Assembly: GCA_963976765.1 (NCBI GenBank)
Contig: CAXBME010000017.1
Location: 62,001-126,000 of the forward strand
DNA: 64,000 bases
Reading direction: 5' to 3'
DNA from: an uncultured Planctomycetaceae bacterium
GTDB lineage: Bacteria; Planctomycetota; Planctomycetia; Planctomycetales; Planctomycetaceae
Shown: piece after piece, positions 41,643-52,600 of the stretch
Layout: every line of letters starts with the position of its first letter
Position numbering within the stretch: the first letter of the stretch is position 1
Position numbers and translations under genes: made by a program
The notes under the pieces: model-generated
What the model was told of the DNA's origin: nothing
Databases searched by the model: none
The model's input: the letters and a program-made list of their open reading frames with translations, nothing else

Positions 41643-43379
41643 ATGACATCCGTCAGGGAAATATTTACTTACCTTAGCGCTGTGCTTGCCAAAGTGGCCC
41701 TGTACGCTCTTCTGGTGATTGGCTTCGCGAGACAGTCATCAGCTTTTGCTCCACCGACACTGGATCCGCGAGTCGGTCAGTCACTTGACCGCGCGGTCAG
41801 GTATCTTGAATCTCGTGAAAAAGATATGAAGGGTGGCCAGAAGTCGCTCGCGGCGCTGGCCCTGCTTAAGGCCGGTAAGTCGTCTACTCATCCGATCATC
41901 GCATCAGTACTTTCTGACATTGAGGAGAGGTGTGCATCCGGAAAGTACAAACCGCACTCAGAGCATGAAGGCGTTTACGAATGCGGTGTTGAATTAATGC
42001 TTCTTCAAGCAGCTGAGAACGATGATCTCTATTCACAGATTGAGTTGGCAACAGGCTATTTGATCGACCACCAACTTCCCAATGGAGCGTGGACCTATCC
42101 TGGCCAGACCGTTGGCGACACAAGCATGAGTCAGTATGGAATGCTTGGATTCTGGGCCGCCGAACTTGCCGGTGTTGCTGTCCCGATTGATGTCTGGAAT
42201 CGAGCGACCGCCTGGCACGTGAAGACGCTGATGCCTGATGGTGGATTCTCTTATCATCCCGGTACGACAGATGGACTGGAACGAGGAGCATCCACACACA
42301 ATCTGACGAACGCAGGTTTGGGCAGCCTCTTCGTTGGACGCATGCATTTATTTCCAGAAATGCCGATGTACAACTCGCCTGAAAGTGCGCCAAAGCCAAA
42401 GCCAAAAGCATTCGGCGTTCTTGAGGCGGTGAAACGTGACGACTCTCAGAAGACGGCAGCTGATCGCCGGGCCGAGCTTCCTAATCCGTTAACGTTGACG
42501 CAGTTGGATGAAGCGATTCGAAGAGCGATGGGCTGGGCGAACTCAAGGTTCGTGGTTGAGACGCCGGCTGTCAGCAAAATGTATTACTACTACACGCTTG
42601 AGCGAGTGGGAGCCTTCGCAAATGTAAAGACGATGGGTGGGAAGGACTGGTTTAGCGTTTGTCTCGATCACTTGAAAAAGAAGCAGGAACCTGACGGAAG
42701 TTGGAAGACATTTTCATCTCCTGAAAACGGTACCTCGCTTGGAATACTGTTTCTGGTTAAGTCGACTGACAAAATCCTTAAAGAGATGGTTGGGAGTGGC
42801 CTTCTTACAGGTGGACGAGGGCTACCATCCGATTTAACCAATGCAGATGTCAGTGGTGGAGCTATCAAGGAGAAGCGGAAAATCGAGGGACCGCTGGACG
42901 AGTTGCTGACGGAACTCTCCGCGCTGAATCCGGATTCGATCGCTGATGCGCAGGCGGCGATTGTCGAAAAAGTGCAGGTCGGGAACCGCGAAGAACTGCT
43001 CGGCGAGATGGATCGAATTCGTGACCTGATCGCGCATCCGGACCCTGAACTTCGCCGCACGGCTGTCTGGGCGCTCGGACGAAGTGGTGACTTGAAGGAT
43101 GCCAACCTGCTGATTAGCGCGTTGAATGACAACAACGTCGATGTGCTTACAGAAGCCTACAACTCGCTGTCGTATCTCAGTCGCAAGATTGATGGTGTCG
43201 GCATGGATCCGAGTCCGTTTGCTGGACTCAGTGAATTCCCGACTCAACCTGAGAAAGACGCTGCGATGGTTGCCTGGCGAAAAGAGGCTCTCAAACGCTG
43301 GGGCGAATGGTATCTTCGGGTTCGACCATACGCCGAGCGGAACGACATCTTCGAGCTGGGGCTAAAGAACAAGCGGTAA
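41643..43379 (+). CDS. Exported prenyltransferase/squalene-oxidase-repeat protein with C-terminal HEAT repeats
   Basis: QLPNGAW.Y, DGGFSY, YYYYTLER, QEPDGSW; RRTAVWALG HEAT. Confidence 0.8.
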   Translation: MTSVREIFTYLSAVLAKVALYALLVIGFARQSSAFAPPTLDPRVGQSLDRAVRYLESREKDMKGGQKSLAALALLKAGKSSTHPIIASVLSDIEERCASGKYKPHSEHEGVYECGVELMLLQAAENDDLYSQIELATGYLIDHQLPNGAWTYPGQTVGDTSMSQYGMLGFWAAELAGVAVPIDVWNRATAWHVKTLMPDGGFSYHPGTTDGLERGASTHNLTNAGLGSLFVGRMHLFPEMPMYNSPESAPKPKPKAFGVLEAVKRDDSQKTAADRRAELPNPLTLTQLDEAIRRAMGWANSRFVVETPAVSKMYYYYTLERVGAFANVKTMGGKDWFSVCLDHLKKKQEPDGSWKTFSSPENGTSLGILFLVKSTDKILKEMVGSGLLTGGRGLPSDLTNADVSGGAIKEKRKIEGPLDELLTELSALNPDSIADAQAAIVEKVQVGNREELLGEMDRIRDLIAHPDPELRRTAVWALGRSGDLKDANLLISALNDNNVDVLTEAYNSLSYLSRKIDGVGMDPSPFAGLSEFPTQPEKDAAMVAWRKEALKRWGEWYLRVRPYAERNDIFELGLKNKR

Positions 43380-43442
43380 ACCAAGCCAACTACTACCGAT
43401 CCTGTGCTGGTGGGAAATCGAGAAGTTGTTTCGGCCGCGTTC

Positions 43443-45353
43443 CTAAGTTTGTTCGTCTAGCCATGCCTGGAGCATCAGCACGTCCCACAGGTGGTAGTGC
43501 CAGTCGGTTGTTCCTGACAAATGCTCGAGCCACTTTCGGCGGATCGGTTCAGGATTCAACAGGCCCTGGTCTCGCAGGCGGCGTTCGTCCAGCAGAGACT
43601 CGGCCCAGTCCCGCAGTGGGCCGCGCAGCCAGGCGTCGATGGGGACGCCGAATCCCATCTTTGGCCGCTCGAACATTTCTCGCGGCACGTAAAGACTGAG
43701 CACGTCCTGAAGAATCAGCTTGCCGGTATCGCTGCCGACTTTTGAATCGAACGGAAGACTCCACGCCAGTTCGAAGACACGGTGATCGATGACAGGCACG
43801 CGAACTTCCAGACTGACCGCCATGCTCGCACGGTCGACTTTCGTCAGGATGTCATCCGGCAGGTAGGTTGTTGAATCCAGCCACATCCATTCTTCGATCG
43901 GGTTTCCAGTTTGCAGCCACGCGGCCTGATTCCAGTAGGTCGAATCGACGCTCGCTGAATTCAGTACAGGGTTTTCATCGGGTGACCAGTGCAGATTCGC
44001 GTACTGATAAAGGGAACTCGCCGAGTTCATTCCCAGCAGTTTCGACCGGTACAGAAATCGGTCCCGCCACCGTCCAGACAGAAGGTTGCCGGGAACGGTC
44101 AACAGTTTCGAAATCAACTTTCGACACGGGATTCCGCTTACCTGCCGCCAGCGGTCTCGAATGTGGAAGTACCGGTTGTACCCGCCGAAGAGTTCATCGC
44201 CGCCGTCACCGGACAGGGCCACAGTCACGTGCTGCCGGGCCAGCTGCGAAACCAGAAACGTTGGAATCTGTGACGAGTCCGCAAACGGCTCGTCATACAT
44301 TTCTGGCAGGCGGGGGATGACGTCTCGCGCTTCGTCGGGAGTGACGTAGTATTCGGTATGGTCGGTGCCGAGGTGGCTGGCAATCTGTTTTGCATGACCT
44401 GCTTCGTTGTAGCCGACTTCTTCGAAACCGATGGTAAATGTCTGAACTGGCCGGTGACTCTGTTTCTGCATGAGCGCGCAGACGAGGGACGAATCGATGC
44501 CGCCTGACAGGAACGCTCCCAGCGGAACGTCTGACAGCATGCGAAGTCGGACCGCTTCAGTCAGCAGTTCGTCGAGCCGCTCGACCATCTCGTCGTGTGA
44601 AGTAGAAGTCGGGTTGGAGAGTGCCTGCTGCGCGACCGACTTTGCTTCCCACCAGACATCGACGGATGGGAGGTCAGCGTTCGACGTCAACCTCTTCGAC
44701 GTTGAAATTGTCAACGCAGAACCAGCCGGCAACTTTCGAAAGTCCGAGTAGACTGTGTGCGGTGTCGGCACGTACGAGTGCTGAAGGAATCGCGAAATCG
44801 CTCCACGGTTCAGTTCTGCATCGAATGCCGGATGAGCTCTCAGCGCTTTCAGTTCTGACCCGAAAAGGAAGCTGCCGTTACTCAGTCCGTAGTAGAGCGG
44901 CTTGATTCCCAGGCGGTCGCGAATCAACGTCAGCGATTGCTCGCGAGTGTCCCAGACGGCCATCGCAAACATGCCGGTACATCGTTCGATTGTGCTGGCG
45001 ATGCCCCACTCAGAGAACGCGGCGACGATGGTTTCAGTGTCCGACTGGCCTCGGAATGTTGCGCCGCCTTGCCGCAGTTCGCGGCGGATTTCGAGGTGGT
45101 TGTAAACCTCGCCGTTATAGGCCAGGACATACCGACCGCACGGCGACGTCATTGGCTGGTGGCCATGCTGCGACGTATCCAGGATCGAAAGCCGACGGTG
45201 GCCCAGAGCGACGGTGCCCGATTCGTTCAGCCATTGCCCATGATCGTCGGGGCCTCGATGCGTCAGGCGGTTTGTCATTTGCTCGACCATCCGCACTGAT
45301 TCTTCGCGCGAGCGTGCCGGGGCGAATTCGAGAAATCCTGCGAATCCACACAT
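43443..45353 (-). CDS. asnB: Asparagine synthase (glutamine-hydrolysing) family amidotransferase
   Basis: MCGFAG, HRGPD, HRRLSI, NGEVYN, LSGGIDSS, SGDGGDELFGGY, KVDRASM. Confidence 0.95.
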   Translation of the reverse strand: MCGFAGFLEFAPARSREESVRMVEQMTNRLTHRGPDDHGQWLNESGTVALGHRRLSILDTSQHGHQPMTSPCGRYVLAYNGEVYNHLEIRRELRQGGATFRGQSDTETIVAAFSEWGIASTIERCTGMFAMAVWDTREQSLTLIRDRLGIKPLYYGLSNGSFLFGSELKALRAHPAFDAELNRGAISRFLQHSYVPTPHTVYSDFRKLPAGSALTISTSKRLTSNADLPSVDVWWEAKSVAQQALSNPTSTSHDEMVERLDELLTEAVRLRMLSDVPLGAFLSGGIDSSLVCALMQKQSHRPVQTFTIGFEEVGYNEAGHAKQIASHLGTDHTEYYVTPDEARDVIPRLPEMYDEPFADSSQIPTFLVSQLARQHVTVALSGDGGDELFGGYNRYFHIRDRWRQVSGIPCRKLISKLLTVPGNLLSGRWRDRFLYRSKLLGMNSASSLYQYANLHWSPDENPVLNSASVDSTYWNQAAWLQTGNPIEEWMWLDSTTYLPDDILTKVDRASMAVSLEVRVPVIDHRVFELAWSLPFDSKVGSDTGKLILQDVLSLYVPREMFERPKMGFGVPIDAWLRGPLRDWAESLLDERRLRDQGLLNPEPIRRKWLEHLSGTTDWHYHLWDVLMLQAWLDEQT

Positions 45354-45358
45354 CCCGG

Positions 45359-46504
45359 TTATTTCCCTTTCTGGTCGAGAAGTCGCTCGACCTGCTTCGC
45401 TCTCTCGTTCAACTGAGCGACGGTGCGAGTCGTGACGAACACAAATGGCGTCCCAGCTTCGTCCTGCAGCAGTTCACGCATCAGGTCGGGAAAGGTGACG
45501 CGGTCCAGCAGGCCACTCCAGGTCATTTTGCGAAACTCCTGATTGACCTTCAGTTCGTCAATCCGGACGTTGGCTTCAATGGCTCGGCGATGGTCAATCA
45601 GAATCGGCAATTCAGTCTGCACAGAAATTGCATGGATGACGTCTGTCAGTTTCACGTCGCTGAATTCGACGGGGACGATCTCGACGAACTTTGGCATCGA
45701 GGAAATCGGTGGTCTTTGAAGCGGCCAGCCGATCGGCCAGGCCGCCGACTCTTTCGAGACCGGGCTGATTCGCAGTTCCAGGCTTCCTTCCGGAGTTCGG
45801 CCCGGACGAAACCCCAGTCCCGTGTCGTTCAACAGAATCGCGATGACGGTTCCGCGACTCAGGCCAGCAAGGCCATCGCCAGCCGGGCGAGCATGTTTGA
45901 TTTTCTTCAGATGCTCCAACGCCGCCGGCGTCATGCGAAGCGGCAACGACGACGGTAAACCCACAACTGCGAGCGCTTCTGAAAGTTCAAGCCCCGCAGG
46001 GTCGCGTACAACTCTGGCAGCCAGTGTCTGAAACACAAGGTCGAACTGAGCCGGGGTGAGTCCGAAACCGGGTTTCCCTTCATCGTTACCCTGAGCACCG
46101 TACGTTTTCAGTTCTCGAATCCACTCGGCCAGCGGTCCTGTTTGCGACTGTCGAAAGCGGCGATTTTCGAAAACGATCGAACCGTCACGTTCCAGCATGC
46201 CCGTTGCTTTTACCTGACGCAGGCTGCCACGCGTGGTTTCGGAGATTTCGGTTCGGTCGCTGCTGAGTGCCTGCCGGATGCGGACGGAAGCGCCTGCGCG
46301 GCGGAAAATTTCACCCCACTGTTGAGCAGCCAGGGGCGGGACACGATCGACCATCAGCAATTCGAAAGAGACCTGCGTCTGCTGTTTCCGGGACGGCGAT
46401 TCAAGAGTGCCACCTGGCTGAGCCAGCGCATCGGATACGCCGCCGCAAGGCACAGCCGTCAGGCTCATCAGTAAACAGACTGGTCGCAGAATTCGGTTCA
46501 GCAT
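45359..46504 (-). CDS. Exported hypothetical protein with STN/secretin-N-like repeats
   Basis: Signal peptide; VEFSDVKLTDVIHAISVQTELPILID pattern. Confidence 0.7.
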   Translation of the reverse strand: MLNRILRPVCLLMSLTAVPCGGVSDALAQPGGTLESPSRKQQTQVSFELLMVDRVPPLAAQQWGEIFRRAGASVRIRQALSSDRTEISETTRGSLRQVKATGMLERDGSIVFENRRFRQSQTGPLAEWIRELKTYGAQGNDEGKPGFGLTPAQFDLVFQTLAARVVRDPAGLELSEALAVVGLPSSLPLRMTPAALEHLKKIKHARPAGDGLAGLSRGTVIAILLNDTGLGFRPGRTPEGSLELRISPVSKESAAWPIGWPLQRPPISSMPKFVEIVPVEFSDVKLTDVIHAISVQTELPILIDHRRAIEANVRIDELKVNQEFRKMTWSGLLDRVTFPDLMRELLQDEAGTPFVFVTTRTVAQLNERAKQVERLLDQKGK

Positions 46505-46533
46505 TCCTGGTACCTTCCGCCTGGCAACTCATG

Positions 46534-46570
46534 CAAACAGCCGCCGTCCCGACAGTCGAGACGGCGGCTG
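46534..46570 (-). terminator. Probable terminator of the adhesin gene
   Basis: cagccgccgtc / gacggcggctg 11-bp stem followed by TTT on the minus strand. Confidence 0.6.
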
Positions 46571-46637
46571 ATGTCTCAGTCACGCTTGAATCAGCAGGGC
46601 AAAACGTATCGCACGTCTCGGCCTTTCGAAAGAACGT

Positions 46638-49600
46638 TTACGGTGCAATCCCCAGGAAGGCCGCGTCGAACTGGAACGAGTTCGGAGCTGCCAGTCCCCA
46701 TGCTGTCCCCGTGGAAAAGAATCCACCGTCGATGATGAAGCCATCTGCCGACTGGAAACCGGAAATGTCGAAGTTGCTTTCGAGTCGGAAAGTGCTGACC
46801 CCCACACCCGGATACTGGTAGCGTCCCACTCCTGTTGCCGGGTTAATGTCCGGTCCTGTCTGCGGATTCAGCGAGGCTCCGAATTCATTCGTTCTCGCCT
46901 GCGTCCGCTGAGCGTTGCGTCCCGCTCCGAACTGGTTGGCTGTCGGGAATGGTCCCCCTGGCGTCGCCGTGTTCAGACGCGACTTGAAGGTACCGTCGGC
47001 GTCATTGTAACTGGCTGCTGTGTTTGTGACGTTCAGCGAGTTCCCTACGTTGCCTCTGAACACCAGATTCAACCGGGCCAGCGGGTCGGTCTGATAGTTA
47101 TTAGCCGGGGTAAACTGATTCGCGTCCCAGGTTCCGCCGGTGATCGGATCGACTGTTGAAATGAACGATTGCATGAACACGTCGTCGCCGAGGTTACCTT
47201 CGAAGGTGTTATTCACGATACGAGCGTTGACGCGACCGTTGCCGAACAATGCGTTGTTCGCTCCAACGCCGACTGTTTCCCCGAGCCCGCTGCCATCACC
47301 GTTGATGTCACCAGTTGTGTCGGCAACGTTCGTTGCACCAAAGACGCCGGTACTGGAACCACTGGTTCCCACTCGCAACGAGAAGCCACCACCGGGAAAC
47401 AGTGACGCCGAGTTGGCGTTGTTGTTTGCCGAAACGATGTTTCGATTCAGGTCCAGGATCATGTCTGGCTGAGCAAACACTGACCCGGATGCATCGAGTG
47501 CGGCTTGAGCAAGAACGCCACCCGTCAGTGATGGACTCAGTTGCTGCTGAACCGCCGATGCCGTGTTGACAACATAGAAACCTTCGAATCCGTTTCCGAC
47601 GATCGTGTTCATCCCGAGGGCCGTGCCATCGCCGAACTGGATGTTTGCCGTCCCGCTGCTGCGGTTCAACACGTCGACACCGCGTCCCAGGTTGTCATTG
47701 ATCGTGTTGCCGAGAGCCACGATCGTCATCAGGTCCGTCGTTCCGCTCAGCAGTTCGATACCTGTTCCGGCGTTGTTTGTAATTGCATTGTTCTGGATCA
47801 GAGCTGATCGGAATCCGATTCCAACGGCCTCAATGTCGATGCCTTCTTCGCCGTTCCTCGCAATTATGTTGTTGTTAATCTGGACGTCCCCGCCCGACAC
47901 AATTCGGATCCCGTCCAGACCGTTGTCAGTGATCACGTTCCCGAAACTCTGGCCAGTAAATGGATCACTTCCATTCTGGCCGATGATCAGAGGAATGCCG
48001 TCGCCGCTGACGCCACCAATAAATATCCCGTTCAATCCGTTGTTGCGGATCGTATTCTGAATCCACGTCCCGCCCTGTGATTCAAGGTCGTTGAAGGCGT
48101 TAACCAGCTCGACTCCTTCGAGACTGATGCCGTTCAGGGTGTTGTTTTCGATCAGGTTGTTCGTCAGATCTGTTGCCAGGCTGGCGTCGCCTTGCGCGTT
48201 CAGTTGAACGCCGTCTCCCGTACTTCCCGAGAAAGTGTTATTTCTGACGGAGAAATCAACGTCGTCGAGTAGTCCGTTCTGCACGTTGATCTGCAGACCA
48301 TCAACGGCAGAGTTGGCCGTTGCAGAGCCGCTGTTCATGACAACGTTGCCGTCAATCACCACGGCACGAGTATCACCAGGCCGTGGATTGACCGCGTCAA
48401 ATCGCGAGTCACCACTCCGATCGAAACGAATTCCGGCGTCACTGATGAACGATGGAGGAACCGTTGTCAGTGCCGGGTTGTCATTCCCGGCGTTCCCGAT
48501 CATGTTCCGGGCGACGAGCAGATCCTGCACAGTTGTATTCTGTTCGGCGTTGACCCAGATGCCGGAACCCGCCGTACCGAGATTCGCATTTGTGGCATTG
48601 CCGATCACGTTATCCGAGATTTCCGATCGAGTCAGAGTTGCTGTGGCGAGGCCAGGTGCCGTCGAACCTTCCAGGCTGACACTGATCCCGTCACCGACTC
48701 TGGTCGTCTGAGCGTCTCCATCATCGACAATACCGGAGATTGTGTTGTTCTGAATGGTCAGTGCCCCGGTTCCGCTGCCGGACATGACGAAGGCAATCCC
48801 CGCTCCGCGAGTCTGACTGATCGTGTTTCCATCTGCGGCGTCTGGTCCACCGACGGCGATGTTGAAGGAACCGCCAGTCGTCGAAACCAGGACGCCAGGG
48901 CCAGCGGTTGGATTCGTCGCTGGATTTCCCGTAATGAAGTTCCGTGTGAACGCTCCTGTAATATTCGAGTTGACACCATTCACCGTGAAACCGCCAGTGC
49001 CGGCTGTGTTGAACAGAATCTGGTTGTTACTCACCGTGCCAAGTGACACGTTCGACCTTACCGCCGTCGAAGAGGCAGTCGCCGTGACACTGAAGCTGTC
49101 GCCAGCATTGTTGCTGATCGAGTTTGTCGTGATGCCTCGGTCAAGTCGCCCGTTTCCGTTTCCGATGTTCAGCCGCCCGTCGGCATTGAGATCTTCACCG
49201 GCATCAAGAATTCCGTTTCCGTTGACGTCTTCGTTAACATCTTCGCCGGGGTCGAGAACTCCGTTTCCGTTGAGGTCTTCAGAATCCGGAACGATCAGTG
49301 ATCCTGAATTGATCGCCCGAAGAGTGACCCCCGTACCAGCGTTGGTGTTGATTGTGTTGTTAGCCAGTTCGAGCAACGTGACTGTGGCTCTGTCAGCGAT
49401 CACCTCGACACCGTTTCCGGTTGAACCGTCCATGATCATGCTGTTGCTGATAGCGTTGTTGGTAATTCTGGCGGTCAGAACACCAGACTGGCTGCCGCTC
49501 AGACGGATGCCGCTGCCACCTCCATTGAGCGTGTTTCGCTCGATATCGTTGAGCGTCAACGTTCCGCCATTAGCCGTCGCGACAATTCCGCCCAGCGTGC

Positions 49601-52600
49601 TGCCAGTGAGATTGTTGTTGATCATGCTGGCCGTCAGCTGAGCATTCAAAGCACTGCTTGTCTGGAAGTTGGCTCCGACACCAAAGTTGCCGGTAATCGT
49701 GTTCGCTCGGACCAGCAGGTTCTGAATGTTGCCTTCATCGGTAGATCGTACGGAAAGCCCGTCGCCTCCGAAGTTCAGAATGTCATTACCCAGGATGGTC
49801 GATGGCAACAGCACGGAGTTTCCAGCCGTCGAAACCGCGAAGCCTGTTGATGCGGGAAGTGTCGTCCCATCAGGAATGAACGTCACATTCGCTGCATTAG
49901 CAGGGTCAGCCTGAAGCAGGCCGGTAACTGTCTGCCCCGTCGAAAACGTGACATCAATGCGACTGTTCAAAAGGTCGGATGCAAAGACCGGGTCGGTGCC
50001 ATTGGCAAGGTCGATATCGAGGTTGAGTGTTAGTGTGGCGAAATCTTCTCCAAGATCGATCTGACCGTTCGTAGCATCGGCGATGCCGTCGCCGTCAGTG
50101 TCGACGTTGCGGAATCTATCTTCGCCGGGATCAATCACTCCGTTCACGGCATTGAAGCTGTTGAAGACCAGATCAACGGTAGTTGCCAGGTCCGGGACAG
50201 CGGGAATGTTTCCATTGACAACCGGATTGCCGTTGACGCTTTGAAGGCCTGTCAGAATTCCTGTGCCATTCAGGACAGTTAACGGAGTCGTCGCACCGTC
50301 AACCTGTGCCGCAGCGGGGGCCAGATTCCAGACCAGATTGGTAATGTTGACACCGTCAACCGAACTGTTGACGAATTGGAACGGCGTGAGAGCGGTATCG
50401 CCAACGACCGGAATGTCGAAGTCAAGCACTCCGCCGCCGGTCCCCTGGATCGAGTTGCCGATGGCCGTAATTCGACCGACCGCAGTCCCTGTCAGGCCGA
50501 AGTTCACCCCGCCGCCAGCGTTGCCAATGATCTGGTTGGCTTCGGTGGTGAATGGTGAGTCCAGCCGGCCGTTGCCGTTTGTATCTTCACCCACGTCGAG
50601 CACGCCATTCAGATTGACGTCTTCGAAGTAGAGGAAGCCCATATCCAGATCGACCGAACCGCTGTCGGCTGTCACGTTGAGGCCGATTCCTCCGTTGCCC
50701 GTTGAGCGATCAACGGCACTTCCGATGACGTTGGTGATAAGTCGCAGATCGACATTGGCATTGTTGGTTGATTCAACCCGGATTCCGTCTCGGCCGTTTC
50801 GAGTGATCGTATTTCCGACAAAGATGAATCCGCCGTCGAGATTTCCATCGCCGTTGCCCCGGTTCAGGAAGCCGTCGCCGTTGAGATCCTCGCCGGGATC
50901 CAGCAGCCCGTTTCCGTTGAAGTCTTCGTTGCGATCTTCGCCAAGGTCCAGTCTGCCGTTGCCATTACCCAGAGCCAGCCGGCCATCGCCGTTGAAGTCT
51001 TCGAACGTGTCGAGCAGACCATTTCCGTTGGTGTCTTCGCCAGCGTCCAGAATGCGATTGCCGTTCAGGTCTTCATTCGGAGTCAGCACGCCATTGCCGT
51101 CCAGGTCCTCGCCAGCGTCCAGCACACCGTTGCCGTTCAAATCTTCATTGACATCCAGCAGACCGTTGCGGTTGAGGTCTTCGACCGTATCTTCGCCGAT
51201 GTCCAGAACACCGTTGGCGTTGACGTCTTCAGAAAGATCGAGACGGCCGTTACCGTTGGTGTCCTCGCCAGCGTCCAGTACGCCATTGCCGTTGACGTCT
51301 TCGCTCAGATCCAGAATGCCGTTGCCGTTGATGTCTTCCGGGCCGTCGAGGATGCCGTTTCGATTCAGGTCTTCAGTGTCCAGTCGACCGTTGCCGTTGA
51401 CATCTTCGCCAAGCTGTCCGGCGTTGAGCACCGACGAGTTAGCCGCAAGAAACACACCGTCGCCGATGTTTCGATCGGCGGTGTTGTCCCGCATCATCAG
51501 ATTGATCGTGCTCTGAGTCGCCCCCGCATTAATGACGAAGCCAGTGCCGTTGCCACTGTCGAACTTGCCGTTCTGATTGATGTCGTCACCGAAGTCGAGC
51601 ACGCCATTGGTGGCGTCAACAATTCCGTCACCATTGGTGTCCACGTTGAGGATGGTGTCTTCACCAGGGTCGAGAATTCCGTTGCCGTTGATGTCTTCAG
51701 AATTCAGCAGACCGTCGCCGTTAACGTCGGTTTCTGAAGCAGCGATGTTGCCGACGACTCGAGCATTGATGACAGCTCGGTTGCGGGCCGTGATCGAGAA
51801 CCCGGCGCCCGTATCCAGAACCAGGTTGCCGTTCGTATCTTCGCCTCCGTCGAGCAGGCCATTGCCGTTGAGATCTTCGCCCGAGTTACCCGAGGCAAAG
51901 TTACCCATGGCCGAGCCACTGCTCGCAACGACGTTGAATTCCGTCGCCCCGAGTTCCAGATCAAGCGTACCAATGCCGTTGTTTTCGAGCATGAAGCCGT
52001 TGATCGACTGGCCGCTCGAACCGAGGAACAGGTTCGAGTAGATGCTGGTCGGGTTACCGGCAGCGATTGTACCAGTCACGTTCTGCAGGTTGATCGCGTT
52101 TCGGTAGTTGCGGAAATTGTTGTCGTGGATGCTGACACCCTGCACGCCGCTTGCCTGGATGATCGAATTTGATAGACCAGTCGTCGTTCGACCATCGAAG
52201 ATGAAGCCGGCGACTTCCGTATTGTCACCCAGAATATTGACGAGGCTCGTGCCCGGAGCGTTGCCAGCCGTGTTACTCCAGACCGGTGTCGTGGCCGACG
52301 CGTCCAGACCAGGGAAGCGGAAGGCACCCAGCGGAGTCGTCATCATCACAATCTGGCTGTTGAGGAACTGTTCACTCAGCAGCAACGAATCGCCAGCCAG
52401 GTTGTACTGCCCCTGCACGCTTCCGCTGCGGACCAGAGTTAGTGTGTTCGGAGATGGATTCGGGATTCCGACGAAGGTGTTGAACGGATCGTCAAACGAA
52501 CCAGTTCCGTTTGTCGTGGCGTTTGGATCGACGACGATGACGTTCTCGATCGCGGTGCCCGCTCCACCGGTCGCGCCCATTGCCGGAATCATCAGCCTGT

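Noticed and set aside
41643..43379. Squalene-hopene cyclase
   Set aside because: QW-like repeats are present, but there is no DxDD motif, and it has a signal peptide and a HEAT tail.
50835..51410. ~36-bp periodic repeats resembling a CRISPR array
   Set aside because: They are in-frame coding repeats with synonymous variation, with no unique spacers and no cas genes.
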